Below, in pieces: positions 20,090-29,591 of a stretch of DNA of 42,677 nt. The DNA lies in the IMG/VR virus record IMGVR_UViG_3300035530_000066, positions 1 through 42,677 of that record; one strand, 5' to 3'. The notes under the pieces were generated by a model. The model searched no databases. It was not told the DNA's origin and saw only the letters and a list, made by a program, of their open reading frames with translations. Numbering within the stretch: position 1 is the first letter of the stretch; the number at the start of each line of letters is the position of its first letter. Made by a program: the position numbers and the translations under genes. This DNA comes from a virus (Duplodnaviria > Caudoviricetes).

Positions 20090-21646
20090 TCAAAACATAC
20101 TATTTAATTTCGCCTCTACCGTCTCATCTTTTTTATCCACTTTACCACCATCTGAGTATATATCTCGAGTATAAGTAGGTTTTGTGTATATATCATCTAC
20201 TATCCCAAACTCTGTAAACTTATAAGCAAAAAATTTATGAACTTCTGGAGTATCATCTACATATCGATGTTTATCGCGCTTAAATGTCATGTAACTATCA
20301 CCAGCTTGATTCTTTTCAATACAAAGATAAATACTCAAATCAACTTCCCTCTGAACATCTAGAGAATCTGACATATGAGAAGCATTAAATCGCTTTACGG
20401 GATTTACTATACCACTAGCTACAATATCTGCTGCACCCCGATTAAGCTGATGTGCACTACCCAATAATGTACCTTTAGATTTAGTATAATTGCAAAGATT
20501 ACTATATAGCTCTTTTACCAATAGATGATTACCTACACTAGTAGATTTTCCGTTGGAACTACTCTTCTTCATACAATTGATATAGTCGATAAGAGTAGCG
20601 ACCATAAAATATCCTGAATTTTCATATTTTTCATATGTCTGTCTAAACTCATCAAATCCAAATTCACTTGGCAAATATCTTTCTATGATAAAATGATATC
20701 CTTTTTCACTAAAGAAATCATAAATGTATTGAATTATATATTCGTCGGAAATATTGTCTGCAGATGAATTTGTATTTGTTTCATAGGCATTCCTAAACCA
20801 CCACATCATATCCTCATTAGCCTCATTCTCTAGAGAGAGAAATAAGATCATAGGTTTTTTACCTTGAGGGTGTGTTGGTGGTACATTATACGACACAATC
20901 CATTTGGCAAGAAGTTTCAAAAGTAAAGATTTACCATGATTCGATAGTGCATTAAATATAACTGATTCTCCTAAAGTTACTCCACCACGTTTCCCACACA
21001 TCATATTGAATCCTTGTAATCCGGTTTTCATGATATGATGTTCTTTTCTTTCGGTGTATGTATTTTTGGCTATCTGGATTGAATTCTTATCCATAAAATC
21101 AATTTTCTCTACCCTACCACCACTATTTACCATACTTGACAAATCGAATACTGCACTTATATCTTTACTAACATTTAATACATCATTAAGATATACTCTT
21201 TGTTCAGTTGAATCTACTGTATCGGCACAACGATTCAAATACCCAAACATCTTTCGAGTATATAAATTACATTTATTCCAGATGATAAAATTATTAATCT
21301 TATCATTAATCCTAATTAATCTTTCTTTTGTTATTGGACTTTCGCTTGAAAATAATACTCGCAATTGCTGATACACTTCTTCATTCTGAGAAACTGCAGG
21401 ATCGGATTTAAACTTCAACAATAACATAGTTAATTCTGTAACATTTTCATTAGTAAGTTGATTAGCTATTATCTCTTTAATCAATCTAATAAGAAATTTT
21501 ATAAGATTAGTTTCAGATACTAAATTGTGCATATTATCACTGATTATATCAATTAATTCATTAACTACTCTCTGAGATTTCTGATCATTTATATTTATCA
21601 ATAGAGCGATAGCATCTAGGAAAATTTCAGAATTAGAATAAAGCAT
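20090..21646 (-). CDS. DnaB-like replicative helicase (phiKZ gp118-like)
   Basis: KTGLQGFN, ALSNHGKS Walker A, FLSLEN, IDYIN, AHQLNR and KHR motifs; two genes from the capsid gene, as in phiKZ. Confidence 0.9.
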   Translation of the reverse strand: MLYSNSEIFLDAIALLININDQKSQRVVNELIDIISDNMHNLVSETNLIKFLIRLIKEIIANQLTNENVTELTMLLLKFKSDPAVSQNEEVYQQLRVLFSSESPITKERLIRINDKINNFIIWNKCNLYTRKMFGYLNRCADTVDSTEQRVYLNDVLNVSKDISAVFDLSSMVNSGGRVEKIDFMDKNSIQIAKNTYTERKEHHIMKTGLQGFNMMCGKRGGVTLGESVIFNALSNHGKSLLLKLLAKWIVSYNVPPTHPQGKKPMILFLSLENEANEDMMWWFRNAYETNTNSSADNISDEYIIQYIYDFFSEKGYHFIIERYLPSEFGFDEFRQTYEKYENSGYFMVATLIDYINCMKKSSSNGKSTSVGNHLLVKELYSNLCNYTKSKGTLLGSAHQLNRGAADIVASGIVNPVKRFNASHMSDSLDVQREVDLSIYLCIEKNQAGDSYMTFKRDKHRYVDDTPEVHKFFAYKFTEFGIVDDIYTKPTYTRDIYSDGGKVDKKDETVEAKLNSMF

Positions 21647-21769
21647 CGGGTATTTCGCTCCTCGTTTATATGAATACTCTAATATAACCTTTCTTATCTA
21701 ACAATAACATACTATGATTTAGACCTATAGTTTTTTAAAAGTTTGATAAATAGTCAACTCGAGGATAAT

Positions 21770-23113
21770 ATGCTTATGGATTCTGTAACCCTTGATCGAT
21801 ATCGAGATAGTACATACAATAGTTTAAATTTGCTATATGCTAGTATGTGCATAACTCCCAATACTCATCCGTTATATGTCGGTATGATTAGACGTAATAT
21901 TATTGTATTAGATGAACAGTTAGATGAATATAAAAAATCTAATCACTTATCATCTAAACATCTATATACTTTAGAAACATTAATTAGTCATATTAAAATT
22001 ATATTAAATGGTAAAGGAGAAGAATATCTTTCAGGTTTAGCCCCATTAGATATTAAAAATGTATTACAATTAAGTGAAAATTCTCCACAATATAAATTCT
22101 ATATACCTATGCTCAGTATTATATGCAATTTTAAATATAAATGTGATGCACATATAGGATCTCTACATATAATCGAAGATACCATAGGCATTCATATTGA
22201 TGAAAATTGTACATACTCTTTTAGCAATGACAATATCGATAATGTTAGGAATAAGTATTGGAAATATATTTTCAGTTTTGATTTCAGTCAATCGACTTTT
22301 TCTGAAATTATCAGAAGATTTACCATATCCTCTTTTCCCGTAAGTCAAATTCATAACGAACTCACCATCGGTGAATTGTGTAAATGTTTAGCTACAAATA
22401 CCACCAAACTAGTTTATAAATTGAATAATGTCGATAGGACCTATTTTAATAATTTACTATCACAAATAACCAATACTCAACATAATCTATACATTGAAGA
22501 TAGTGATATCTTTAAAGAATTAGCTTCATATTTAAACTTCCCTATAGAAGCCATTAACTATCTTATAGGTAATTCATCAACTGTAGGTGGTAAATCTGCA
22601 TTAGATTCAACTTCGTTAAAAAATTACTTTATCAACACCATTTCAGGAATGGAAGATCTTGATGACGATGACGATGATGATGATACAGATGTAGATGATA
22701 CTGATTCAGATGATGATACGGATGACCTCGATGCCGATGAAGATACCGACGCCGATGATGATGAAGATGATGATGAAGATGGTGACGATGAAGATACTGA
22801 TGACGACGCAGACGAAGAATCTGAAGATGATCCAGAGGAAGGTACAGATACAATATCATCCGATGACGACTTATTGCCAGCTTCTTCCCTAGGCGACATT
22901 ACTATCGAATTTTCACCAAAAGATGAATCTATCGTCGATATCATATATAAGGCAAAGGTATGTGATTTGGTTAGAGAATATAAAAAAGATCCACCCGAAG
23001 ATCTCAAAATAGAAGAGTTGCTCCTTCTAGAGAATTGGTGTACCAAATGGATCTTTTTGGTCAGTGCACGAACCACAAAAGACTTGTTGAGTGAATTGTC
23101 AATAACAGTCTGA
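21770..23113 (+). CDS. Protein with long acidic tract (positional equivalent of phiKZ gp119)
   Basis: Lies between the helicase and capsid genes; GAGG RBS before the ATG at 21770; D/E tract at about 22650-22870. Confidence 0.7.
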   Translation: MLMDSVTLDRYRDSTYNSLNLLYASMCITPNTHPLYVGMIRRNIIVLDEQLDEYKKSNHLSSKHLYTLETLISHIKIILNGKGEEYLSGLAPLDIKNVLQLSENSPQYKFYIPMLSIICNFKYKCDAHIGSLHIIEDTIGIHIDENCTYSFSNDNIDNVRNKYWKYIFSFDFSQSTFSEIIRRFTISSFPVSQIHNELTIGELCKCLATNTTKLVYKLNNVDRTYFNNLLSQITNTQHNLYIEDSDIFKELASYLNFPIEAINYLIGNSSTVGGKSALDSTSLKNYFINTISGMEDLDDDDDDDDTDVDDTDSDDDTDDLDADEDTDADDDEDDDEDGDDEDTDDDADEESEDDPEEGTDTISSDDDLLPASSLGDITIEFSPKDESIVDIIYKAKVCDLVREYKKDPPEDLKIEELLLLENWCTKWIFLVSARTTKDLLSELSITV

Positions 23114-23147
23114 GATATCCAGACTCAAATACTCCGGAGAAATATAA

Positions 23148-25352
23148 ATGAGTAATAATGCTTTTAAAGACTTTGTCGCGCAGTTGGAAGAATATCAGAT
23201 CGAAACCGATGAAGGTGCTCTGTCTCTGATTGAGAAAGAGACCATTGGAAAAATCTGGAATAAGTCACTTGACTTCCTCGAGAGTCGTAATCTGGTGTCT
23301 GGTGCTGGATTGGAATCTCTCAATTCTTTCGATAGGCCCATCAGTAACCTCAGTCAGAATACAACCCTTAGCCATGTTGGCGTTGAAGCAATTGTCGATT
23401 TCTGTCGTGACTGTGATATTGCTAACGACCAGCTGTTTGCCGCAGCTTGTAATGTTGGACACCTCCTTTCCCACAACGGAAGTATGTCTGAACATTTCAA
23501 TTCTGAGAGAGCTGGCATTGAATCTCTTGACAATGTTAACTTTCAGGATCTTGGTAGTGTTTTTGGTAGTTATTCCGCAGCTACTCTGAAGCAGGATGCT
23601 TCTGCAGCTTTGGAAGCTTTTGGTCAGGATGTCGACAAGCTGACAACCGATATTCGTATCAATATCGCTATTACCATCATGAAGTTTCACAAGAATATCC
23701 TTGATAGGATTATGTTCCGTAAACCTTGTGATTCTAACGTGATTCAGTTTTCCGTTCCTTATCATGAAGTCTATGACCTGGAAAAGGCTGCTGCTAAAGA
23801 TACTCGTGTTCGGAATCTTGGAGATCATCGAGTCAACTTTATTGACCTTTATAAGGAACCCGGAACTGCCAATACTGAAGCTAAGAAGATCATTCCTCTG
23901 AAAGCTAACGACACTGGCGCTACTGCTAAGTTGGTTGCTGACGAACAGATCCTGTTCGGTAAGGAAGTCAACCTGTTTGACATGGCTCTGGACGCTACCA
24001 AGTTTGGTCATAGTCATATCGACTATACCGATTTGGTTTCTGAAGGTGTCCTGTTCGATACAGCTTTTCTGACGATTACTGAGGATAATGAAGGTACTAT
24101 CAGAGAAGAGATCTTTGCTATTCCAATGAAGATTCGTTCTGGTGCACGTTTCCAGATGAGAAACAATTCTCGAGATTCCGCGGATCGTGACTGTCGTATC
24201 TCCGAACGTGTCAACTTCAACAAAGATACAACCAAGGCTGATGGTACGGCTTCTAGTGTTTTGGCTGCATTTGCTGGCGATGCTTATCTTCAGCTGAGCC
24301 TCAACATCACCGGTGGTATCAACCTCAAGACTGCTGATACTATGGTTCAGGGTCAGGTCTCTGGCGTTGTTGTAACAGAAACTGGCGAAACTCCTGTTGC
24401 GGCGGTTACTGACCAGTTTAGTAAACTGTCTTTTGAACTGTCTCACTATACTCTCGATGCTCGTTATAGTGAAGAGAATATGCGTAAGACCACAGCCGCT
24501 GTTCGTATGAATAAGCGTCCTATGGCTTACGAAATCCCAGTCGGACGTAACTACGTTGTTGACTATTCTCTCGCTCAGACCAAACCTACTGAAGTTCTCG
24601 GTACTGTCGCTCAGCTGATTTCGATCGGTAATGATGATCGTGGTCTTAAGCTGATCACTGCTACTATGGATCAGGTTTATGATAGGCTTGAAGCTGAGAG
24701 TGGCGGAAGTATGTTTGCTGACCATCGTGACCGTGTCGCATTCGATTTCGTTGCCGGTAACAAAGTCCTTCCGTCGATCTTCAAGGGTGAGATTGATCTG
24801 GCTAACGTAGAATCAGTCCGTAGCTCTGATATCCTTTCCGACGTTCGCTGTCTCGTCGAGAAGTTCTTGTTGGAGATTACTGCCAAGATGCACAACGATA
24901 GTATGTACACGAGTGCTCTGGATAATGGCGAAAAGCCTCATTACAAAGTCGTCACTTCCAGCCCCATTCTTGCTACATGTTTCAGTATTCCTCACGTCCA
25001 CAACCATCTGAACCTGAAGGTTGGTGTTGATGGTGAGACTGTCGAATATGCTCGCATCCTCCCCAACGGAACTCGTCTTGATATCATCACCACTACGTTT
25101 AATAGTATGATTGATAAGATCATCATGATTCCGTATCGGAAGAATAATCCTCAGTCTGAGTTGAACTTTGGTGTGAACTGCGATCGTGGTCAGTTTGTCG
25201 CTAACTATACTCCTGTAGTCAATCAGGGCGTTTCTCGTCGGGTAGCTGTTAACTCTCGAGAAATTCCTTATACCACTAACCCTCTCGGTGCCATCATCCA
25301 GGTCAAGAATGTATCTCAGTACTTCAACGACTTTGGTACCCTCGACATCTAA
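23148..25352 (+). CDS. Major capsid protein (phiKZ gp120-like)
   Basis: 734 aa, high-expression codon bias, propeptide with GLE/GVE/GIE/ALE protease-type sites (ALEAFG), downstream terminator, synteny with the helicase. Confidence 0.88.
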   Translation: MSNNAFKDFVAQLEEYQIETDEGALSLIEKETIGKIWNKSLDFLESRNLVSGAGLESLNSFDRPISNLSQNTTLSHVGVEAIVDFCRDCDIANDQLFAAACNVGHLLSHNGSMSEHFNSERAGIESLDNVNFQDLGSVFGSYSAATLKQDASAALEAFGQDVDKLTTDIRINIAITIMKFHKNILDRIMFRKPCDSNVIQFSVPYHEVYDLEKAAAKDTRVRNLGDHRVNFIDLYKEPGTANTEAKKIIPLKANDTGATAKLVADEQILFGKEVNLFDMALDATKFGHSHIDYTDLVSEGVLFDTAFLTITEDNEGTIREEIFAIPMKIRSGARFQMRNNSRDSADRDCRISERVNFNKDTTKADGTASSVLAAFAGDAYLQLSLNITGGINLKTADTMVQGQVSGVVVTETGETPVAAVTDQFSKLSFELSHYTLDARYSEENMRKTTAAVRMNKRPMAYEIPVGRNYVVDYSLAQTKPTEVLGTVAQLISIGNDDRGLKLITATMDQVYDRLEAESGGSMFADHRDRVAFDFVAGNKVLPSIFKGEIDLANVESVRSSDILSDVRCLVEKFLLEITAKMHNDSMYTSALDNGEKPHYKVVTSSPILATCFSIPHVHNHLNLKVGVDGETVEYARILPNGTRLDIITTTFNSMIDKIIMIPYRKNNPQSELNFGVNCDRGQFVANYTPVVNQGVSRRVAVNSREIPYTTNPLGAIIQVKNVSQYFNDFGTLDI

Positions 25353-25376
25353 GTTGTAAAGTTGTAAAAGTGTGCT

Positions 25377-25411
25377 ATATAGGCTAGGGAACTAAGTTCC
25401 CTAGCCTATAT
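25377..25411. terminator. Bidirectional terminator
   Basis: ATATAGGCTAGGGAACT-a-AGTTCCCTAGCCTATAT. Confidence 0.8.
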
Positions 25412-25421
25412 TTATTATTTG

Positions 25422-25988
25422 TCATACAATAATACTTGGAAGATCGCATTTAATAAATGCCCATGCACATGCAATTGCATCCGCTTCATGTTCTACCATC
25501 TTTTCAATTGGATTCTGTTTAGTCTCCTTAAGCTCAATATTAGAATTGAGTAAAATAGCTTCCTGTACAGTTATCTTAGATGCCTGTCCATGTTCTGTAA
25601 CGATACGCTTAATGCACTGCGGAGCTAGTTTAAATACAGGCAAACCTAAGTTAGTTCCAATAACTCGCTCGATTGTATGAATACATAAAACTAATGCAGC
25701 ATATGCTGCAGTTCGACCTGGTTGCCAAAAAGCACTTTCAGTTACAACATAGTCCGGCTTATACCTTACTAATGCACATAACTCTTCTTCCAGATGAGCA
25801 AGTTGTACATACGATTTGTTAAAAAGTACTAACTTTTCTTTATATTTATTAAGAGCTCTTTTGCCTTCGATCTTTCCTCGTTTACTGACAAAAGCCTTAC
25901 CTGTACTTGTGTTATATTCAGTCAACGCCCATCCGGTACAGGTAAGGCCTGGATCAAAAGATAATATTTTAACAGTACATTTAAGCAT
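25422..25988 (-). CDS. ruvC: RuvC-like Holliday junction resolvase
   Basis: ILSFDPGLTCTGWA, PDYVVTE, P..IK...G.ASK, HEADAIA. Confidence 0.9.
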   Translation of the reverse strand: MLKCTVKILSFDPGLTCTGWALTEYNTSTGKAFVSKRGKIEGKRALNKYKEKLVLFNKSYVQLAHLEEELCALVRYKPDYVVTESAFWQPGRTAAYAALVLCIHTIERVIGTNLGLPVFKLAPQCIKRIVTEHGQASKITVQEAILLNSNIELKETKQNPIEKMVEHEADAIACAWAFIKCDLPSIIV

Positions 25989-26123
25989 AAATACATTCTC
26001 CCTATGTATAAATATTAGCTCAATAAGTCCTTCAAAAAATACTTCAGAATATACATATCTAAAATTTCCGTGACATATATACTTATACTATATCTAAATA
26101 TCTTTCGTAGTAATATGGGACTT

Positions 26124-27788
26124 TTACCTATACTTATACCCATTTTGTATCATTTCTTTTAAACACAATTCTTCAATTTCTAGATAGTTAGGTAATCCAT
26201 AATACATTTCACAAATATACATAGAGTTTTCTTTAGGACTTATAGCTTGGGAGAAATAATACTGAGTCTCTTTTCTTGATTTATTTTCAATCTGAATAGC
26301 TGTACTTAATTTAGTTTCTTTACTGATATTACATGCACATTGAGTATTTGGATAATATGCTGAAAAATCTTCATCTGATACAAATACATGCAACATCGTT
26401 TCAAAATCCGGGCGTTGAGCTATAGCATTAATCCCTACACCTTTACTACTCTCAGGCTTTAGGACTGTACCTCCAAAATTTTGTATCAGCTTTGTAAATT
26501 CAGTTTGCATTTCAGAGCCAGCAGATGCAGGAACTTTACCATTTTTCATACAATAATCAAACAACGAATTAGTTACGCAAACTGTCTGTTTCCCGAAATC
26601 GTCAAAAGATGTAATACCTGAAAGCAAATACAAACTATTGATATCTTCATTTTTCCATTCCATTAACATCAACGACAAAGCATCAACTATATTGTATACT
26701 ACATAGTCAATAAATCGTCTAGACTGCATAACTAGATGAGATTCTTCTTTACCTAATGATAGTTTTTGCAATTCCATATTTTCATGCTTAAGAATATTGG
26801 CAAGAGTATAACTCGGAAGATACCCTTTAGCTTTTCTTAAACGTCCATAAAGTGCCTCGCAGTCAATAAATTGAGTATACCCTGTAAGATAAAACCAATG
26901 CCACTTATCAATAAAGTGATCTACCTTTCGTTTATCTTCTTTATAAAAAGCTTTTCGATATATAGAAGGTACGTCTGGATGGCACATAATATCGGTAGCA
27001 CTCTCACCATTCAACTCTAATCGCTTAAGTATTTGAGGAATATCAAATCCTAAATTCCAAATACCTACAAAATCTGTTTTATTTTCGTGGAGTTTAGAAA
27101 AAATCCATTTAATGATATCAACTTCATTTTCACAAATTTGATAGTATATTTCCAAATTATACTTTTCAATAGTCGGTTTCAGTTCTACATCAACTAACTC
27201 TTTAACTTTATCTAAAGTAATAGCCTTCTTTATAGTACCATGTTCTTTAGTTTCTATTACTTCGTGTAGATAATATTTGTGAATTCCTACATATATTTTG
27301 TTTTCATGAGTGAGTGTAATGAGATTAATTTCTCCCAAACTCCCTGGAATAACTGAAGTTTCAATATCAAGCATGCCCTTGGTAAAAGGAATAAATTCTT
27401 CATCTTCAAAGTTTATATTGTATTGTCTACGAACTAATGTATTTATGGAAATATCTACCCCATAAATATAGGGATAATTACACAACTTTTTAATATTTGT
27501 ATATCCTCTAGGGGGATACCCATATATCTTCTTATGGATTTCATAAGCTAGATCTTTTTCAAATACTTTAAATTCATCTAACTCATCCAAGTCACAATAT
27601 TCTTTTTTAAATTGATGGGTTTGTTTACCTTTCTTAGTAATCCAAAAAGATCGCATGGGATCTCTATGTATCACCAGTTTGGGTTGTGGATTACCATTAT
27701 CATCTATATAACTAGCTTTAACAACAACAGCGTCTGAATGCTGTTCCTTATTATACACATAAGTAGCATGATTCCATTGCAGTTTCAT
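26124..27788 (-). CDS. Split family B DNA polymerase, exonuclease plus motif A subunit (phiKZ gp82-like)
   Basis: ExoI LDIETS, ExoII WNLGFDIP, ExoIII YNIVD, motif A DFSAYYP; motifs B and C are absent. Confidence 0.87.
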   Translation of the reverse strand: MKLQWNHATYVYNKEQHSDAVVVKASYIDDNGNPQPKLVIHRDPMRSFWITKKGKQTHQFKKEYCDLDELDEFKVFEKDLAYEIHKKIYGYPPRGYTNIKKLCNYPYIYGVDISINTLVRRQYNINFEDEEFIPFTKGMLDIETSVIPGSLGEINLITLTHENKIYVGIHKYYLHEVIETKEHGTIKKAITLDKVKELVDVELKPTIEKYNLEIYYQICENEVDIIKWIFSKLHENKTDFVGIWNLGFDIPQILKRLELNGESATDIMCHPDVPSIYRKAFYKEDKRKVDHFIDKWHWFYLTGYTQFIDCEALYGRLRKAKGYLPSYTLANILKHENMELQKLSLGKEESHLVMQSRRFIDYVVYNIVDALSLMLMEWKNEDINSLYLLSGITSFDDFGKQTVCVTNSLFDYCMKNGKVPASAGSEMQTEFTKLIQNFGGTVLKPESSKGVGINAIAQRPDFETMLHVFVSDEDFSAYYPNTQCACNISKETKLSTAIQIENKSRKETQYYFSQAISPKENSMYICEMYYGLPNYLEIEELCLKEMIQNGYKYR

Positions 27789-27905
27789 GTTTTATATCCC
27801 CACAAAATAAAATATTTACCTATCTATAATTATACATATCATAATTCAGATTTATCATTTTTTACAAATGAGAATATAAAAGAAAAAATAAATAATTTAA
27901 ATAGT

Positions 27906-27949
27906 AAAAATAGAGAGCTATCCGGATATCCGGATAGCTCTCTATTTTT
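27906..27949. terminator. Terminator (perfect 44-bp palindrome)
   Basis: AAAAATAGAGAGCTATCCGGAT|ATCCGGATAGCTCTCTATTTTT. Confidence 0.8.
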
Positions 27950-27966
27950 GATACATAAAATACTTA

Positions 27967-28422
27967 CTATACGGAAAGAAACTTCTGAATACGATCCTGA
28001 GCTTCTTTCAGGTTGTCCTTATTCAGACGGGATTTGGCCTGAACTGTCAAACGTACTTCACCATAGGACGAAATACTTTCACCAGTTTTCGGGTTGTGAT
28101 GTTCCTTATACGCCCGCATTGACGTCTTTTCAACTCCACCAGGAGTTCTTGTAGACAACTTCACTTCTGATTCTTTGGGATCATCCCCTGCCTTTTTCGC
28201 AGCCTTGATAGCATCTCCCAGCTGGGATGCCAGAAAATCAACACTACCGTCGCGGTACAGATTATTAAACTCTGCAACAGCCTTAACCATCTCCTCAGTA
28301 ACCCCATGCTGATTAGCCAGCTTGAGATAATCTTTCTGAGTCATACTGAAGGTTGTGTCATTGGTCGAGGTCGCTTTTTCGCCAATGAACTTCGAAACAT
28401 CTTTAAATTTGGAATCTGCCAT
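27967..28422 (-). CDS. Putative abundant DNA-binding protein with HU-arm-like motif (start revised to MADSK)
   Basis: GGAGG RBS before the ATG at 28422; Lys-rich; KEHHNPKTGESI resembles the HU arm RxGRNPxTGExI. Confidence 0.55.
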   Translation of the reverse strand: MADSKFKDVSKFIGEKATSTNDTTFSMTQKDYLKLANQHGVTEEMVKAVAEFNNLYRDGSVDFLASQLGDAIKAAKKAGDDPKESEVKLSTRTPGGVEKTSMRAYKEHHNPKTGESISSYGEVRLTVQAKSRLNKDNLKEAQDRIQKFLSV

Positions 28423-28501
28423 GAGTTTTTCCTCCATGGAATTAGGGTGGTAAATGGTAGACATTAATCCAATAAATCGTCTACATATTTGGTATGCTTA
28501 T

Positions 28502-28530
28502 CAGTTAAATAATATATATTTATTTAACTG
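28502..28530 (-). promoter_or_regulatory. Promoter motif (AAATATATATTAT) inside an 11-bp inverted repeat
   Basis: CAGTTAAATAA...TTATTTAACTG overlaps the motif at 28509-28521. Confidence 0.5.
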
Positions 28531-28543
28531 TTCAACATTCCTT

Positions 28544-29377
28544 TTACGTGGTAAGGTGAATATCAATTTCTTTTCTATACTTAAAAAATAATTCAACAAA
28601 ATATTTATTTACTTGCAAATTCGAATAAATCAAATTCATTAGATTGGAGTTATATAACGGCAATCTCGAACCCATAGATCTATAATTCATCATTTCAAAA
28701 TAGAAATCTTCTACCTTATTAAAACAGATATCTAATCCATAAATATCTTCATCAAAAGTTTCTGGGATATTAATTAACATGAGAAACTTTGATACTGTAC
28801 ACCTACCAATAAATTGTTTAAGTTTGCATAATAGAGAATACATTATAGTCGATTCTCCCATACGCAAATTATAAGTATTAGTATTTATATTGACTAGTAT
28901 ATCATAAAGATTTAAAATATTGGGAGATCGCATAGACATACATTCAATTAATCGTAAACAGCATTTAATTTCCTCTTCAGTCAATGACAATTCTAATCTA
29001 CGAATCGTATAACAAAATTGTGTTTGGATGTCGACAAAACAAAACGGATTAAAACAATATATTGCACTATTTGCTGTTTCGAATAGACTCAATAACATAC
29101 TACCACAAAATGGACATATCCGAGTCGAATTTAAAGCAAAGAGATTATCTACATTACGAAATTCAATATCTACATCTCCATTAGTTGTAAGGTCATTACC
29201 CACTATTTCAGCAGTAATATTTGCTGCTTGATAATCTGGATGATAAGGAAATTCAATTTCTACTATCTTATTTGGAATAGTCGTACTACTTAGAGTAAGT
29301 CTAGATACGACTTGCCCATCCGGATATTTGTTAGGAACTGCTACCTTAACTTCATATTTATCAATTGTATTTTTCAT
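28544..29377 (-). CDS. Zn-finger protein resembling the C-terminal part of NAD-dependent DNA ligase
   Basis: CPFCGS...IYCFNPFC matches the LigA C4 finger; no KxDG adenylation motif. Confidence 0.55.
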   Translation of the reverse strand: MKNTIDKYEVKVAVPNKYPDGQVVSRLTLSSTTIPNKIVEIEFPYHPDYQAANITAEIVGNDLTTNGDVDIEFRNVDNLFALNSTRICPFCGSMLLSLFETANSAIYCFNPFCFVDIQTQFCYTIRRLELSLTEEEIKCCLRLIECMSMRSPNILNLYDILVNINTNTYNLRMGESTIMYSLLCKLKQFIGRCTVSKFLMLINIPETFDEDIYGLDICFNKVEDFYFEMMNYRSMGSRLPLYNSNLMNLIYSNLQVNKYFVELFFKYRKEIDIHLTT

Positions 29378-29591
29378 AAACTTGCTCCCACATATAAAAA
29401 GTATACATCGTTATTTCTCTAGTATACTATTTGGTTATAAAATTTTTATATATTGAATATAATAATTTAATTCTAACATTAACCTTATCAGATTGTATGT
29501 ATGTATTTTTATTTATATGTATATTGGTAGTTATATATTTTCATCAGATTTATCCATCCTATACATCAATTATAAAATAAATGAGGGTGAT

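Noticed and set aside
22624-23076. Ser-rich, His-rich and Met-rich ORFs
   Set aside because: Alternative-frame translations of the GAT/GAC/GAA acidic tract.
23265-24725. 486-aa antisense ORF and other ORFs overlapping the capsid gene
   Set aside because: Shadow frames caused by strong codon bias in the capsid gene; no recognisable motifs.
20090-27788. Inteins or introns in the helicase, capsid or polymerase genes
   Set aside because: Lengths fit the expected families; no intein C...HN boundaries or homing endonuclease motifs seen.
27738-28154. 138-aa plus-strand ORF
   Set aside because: Runs through a palindromic terminator and overlaps two minus-strand genes.
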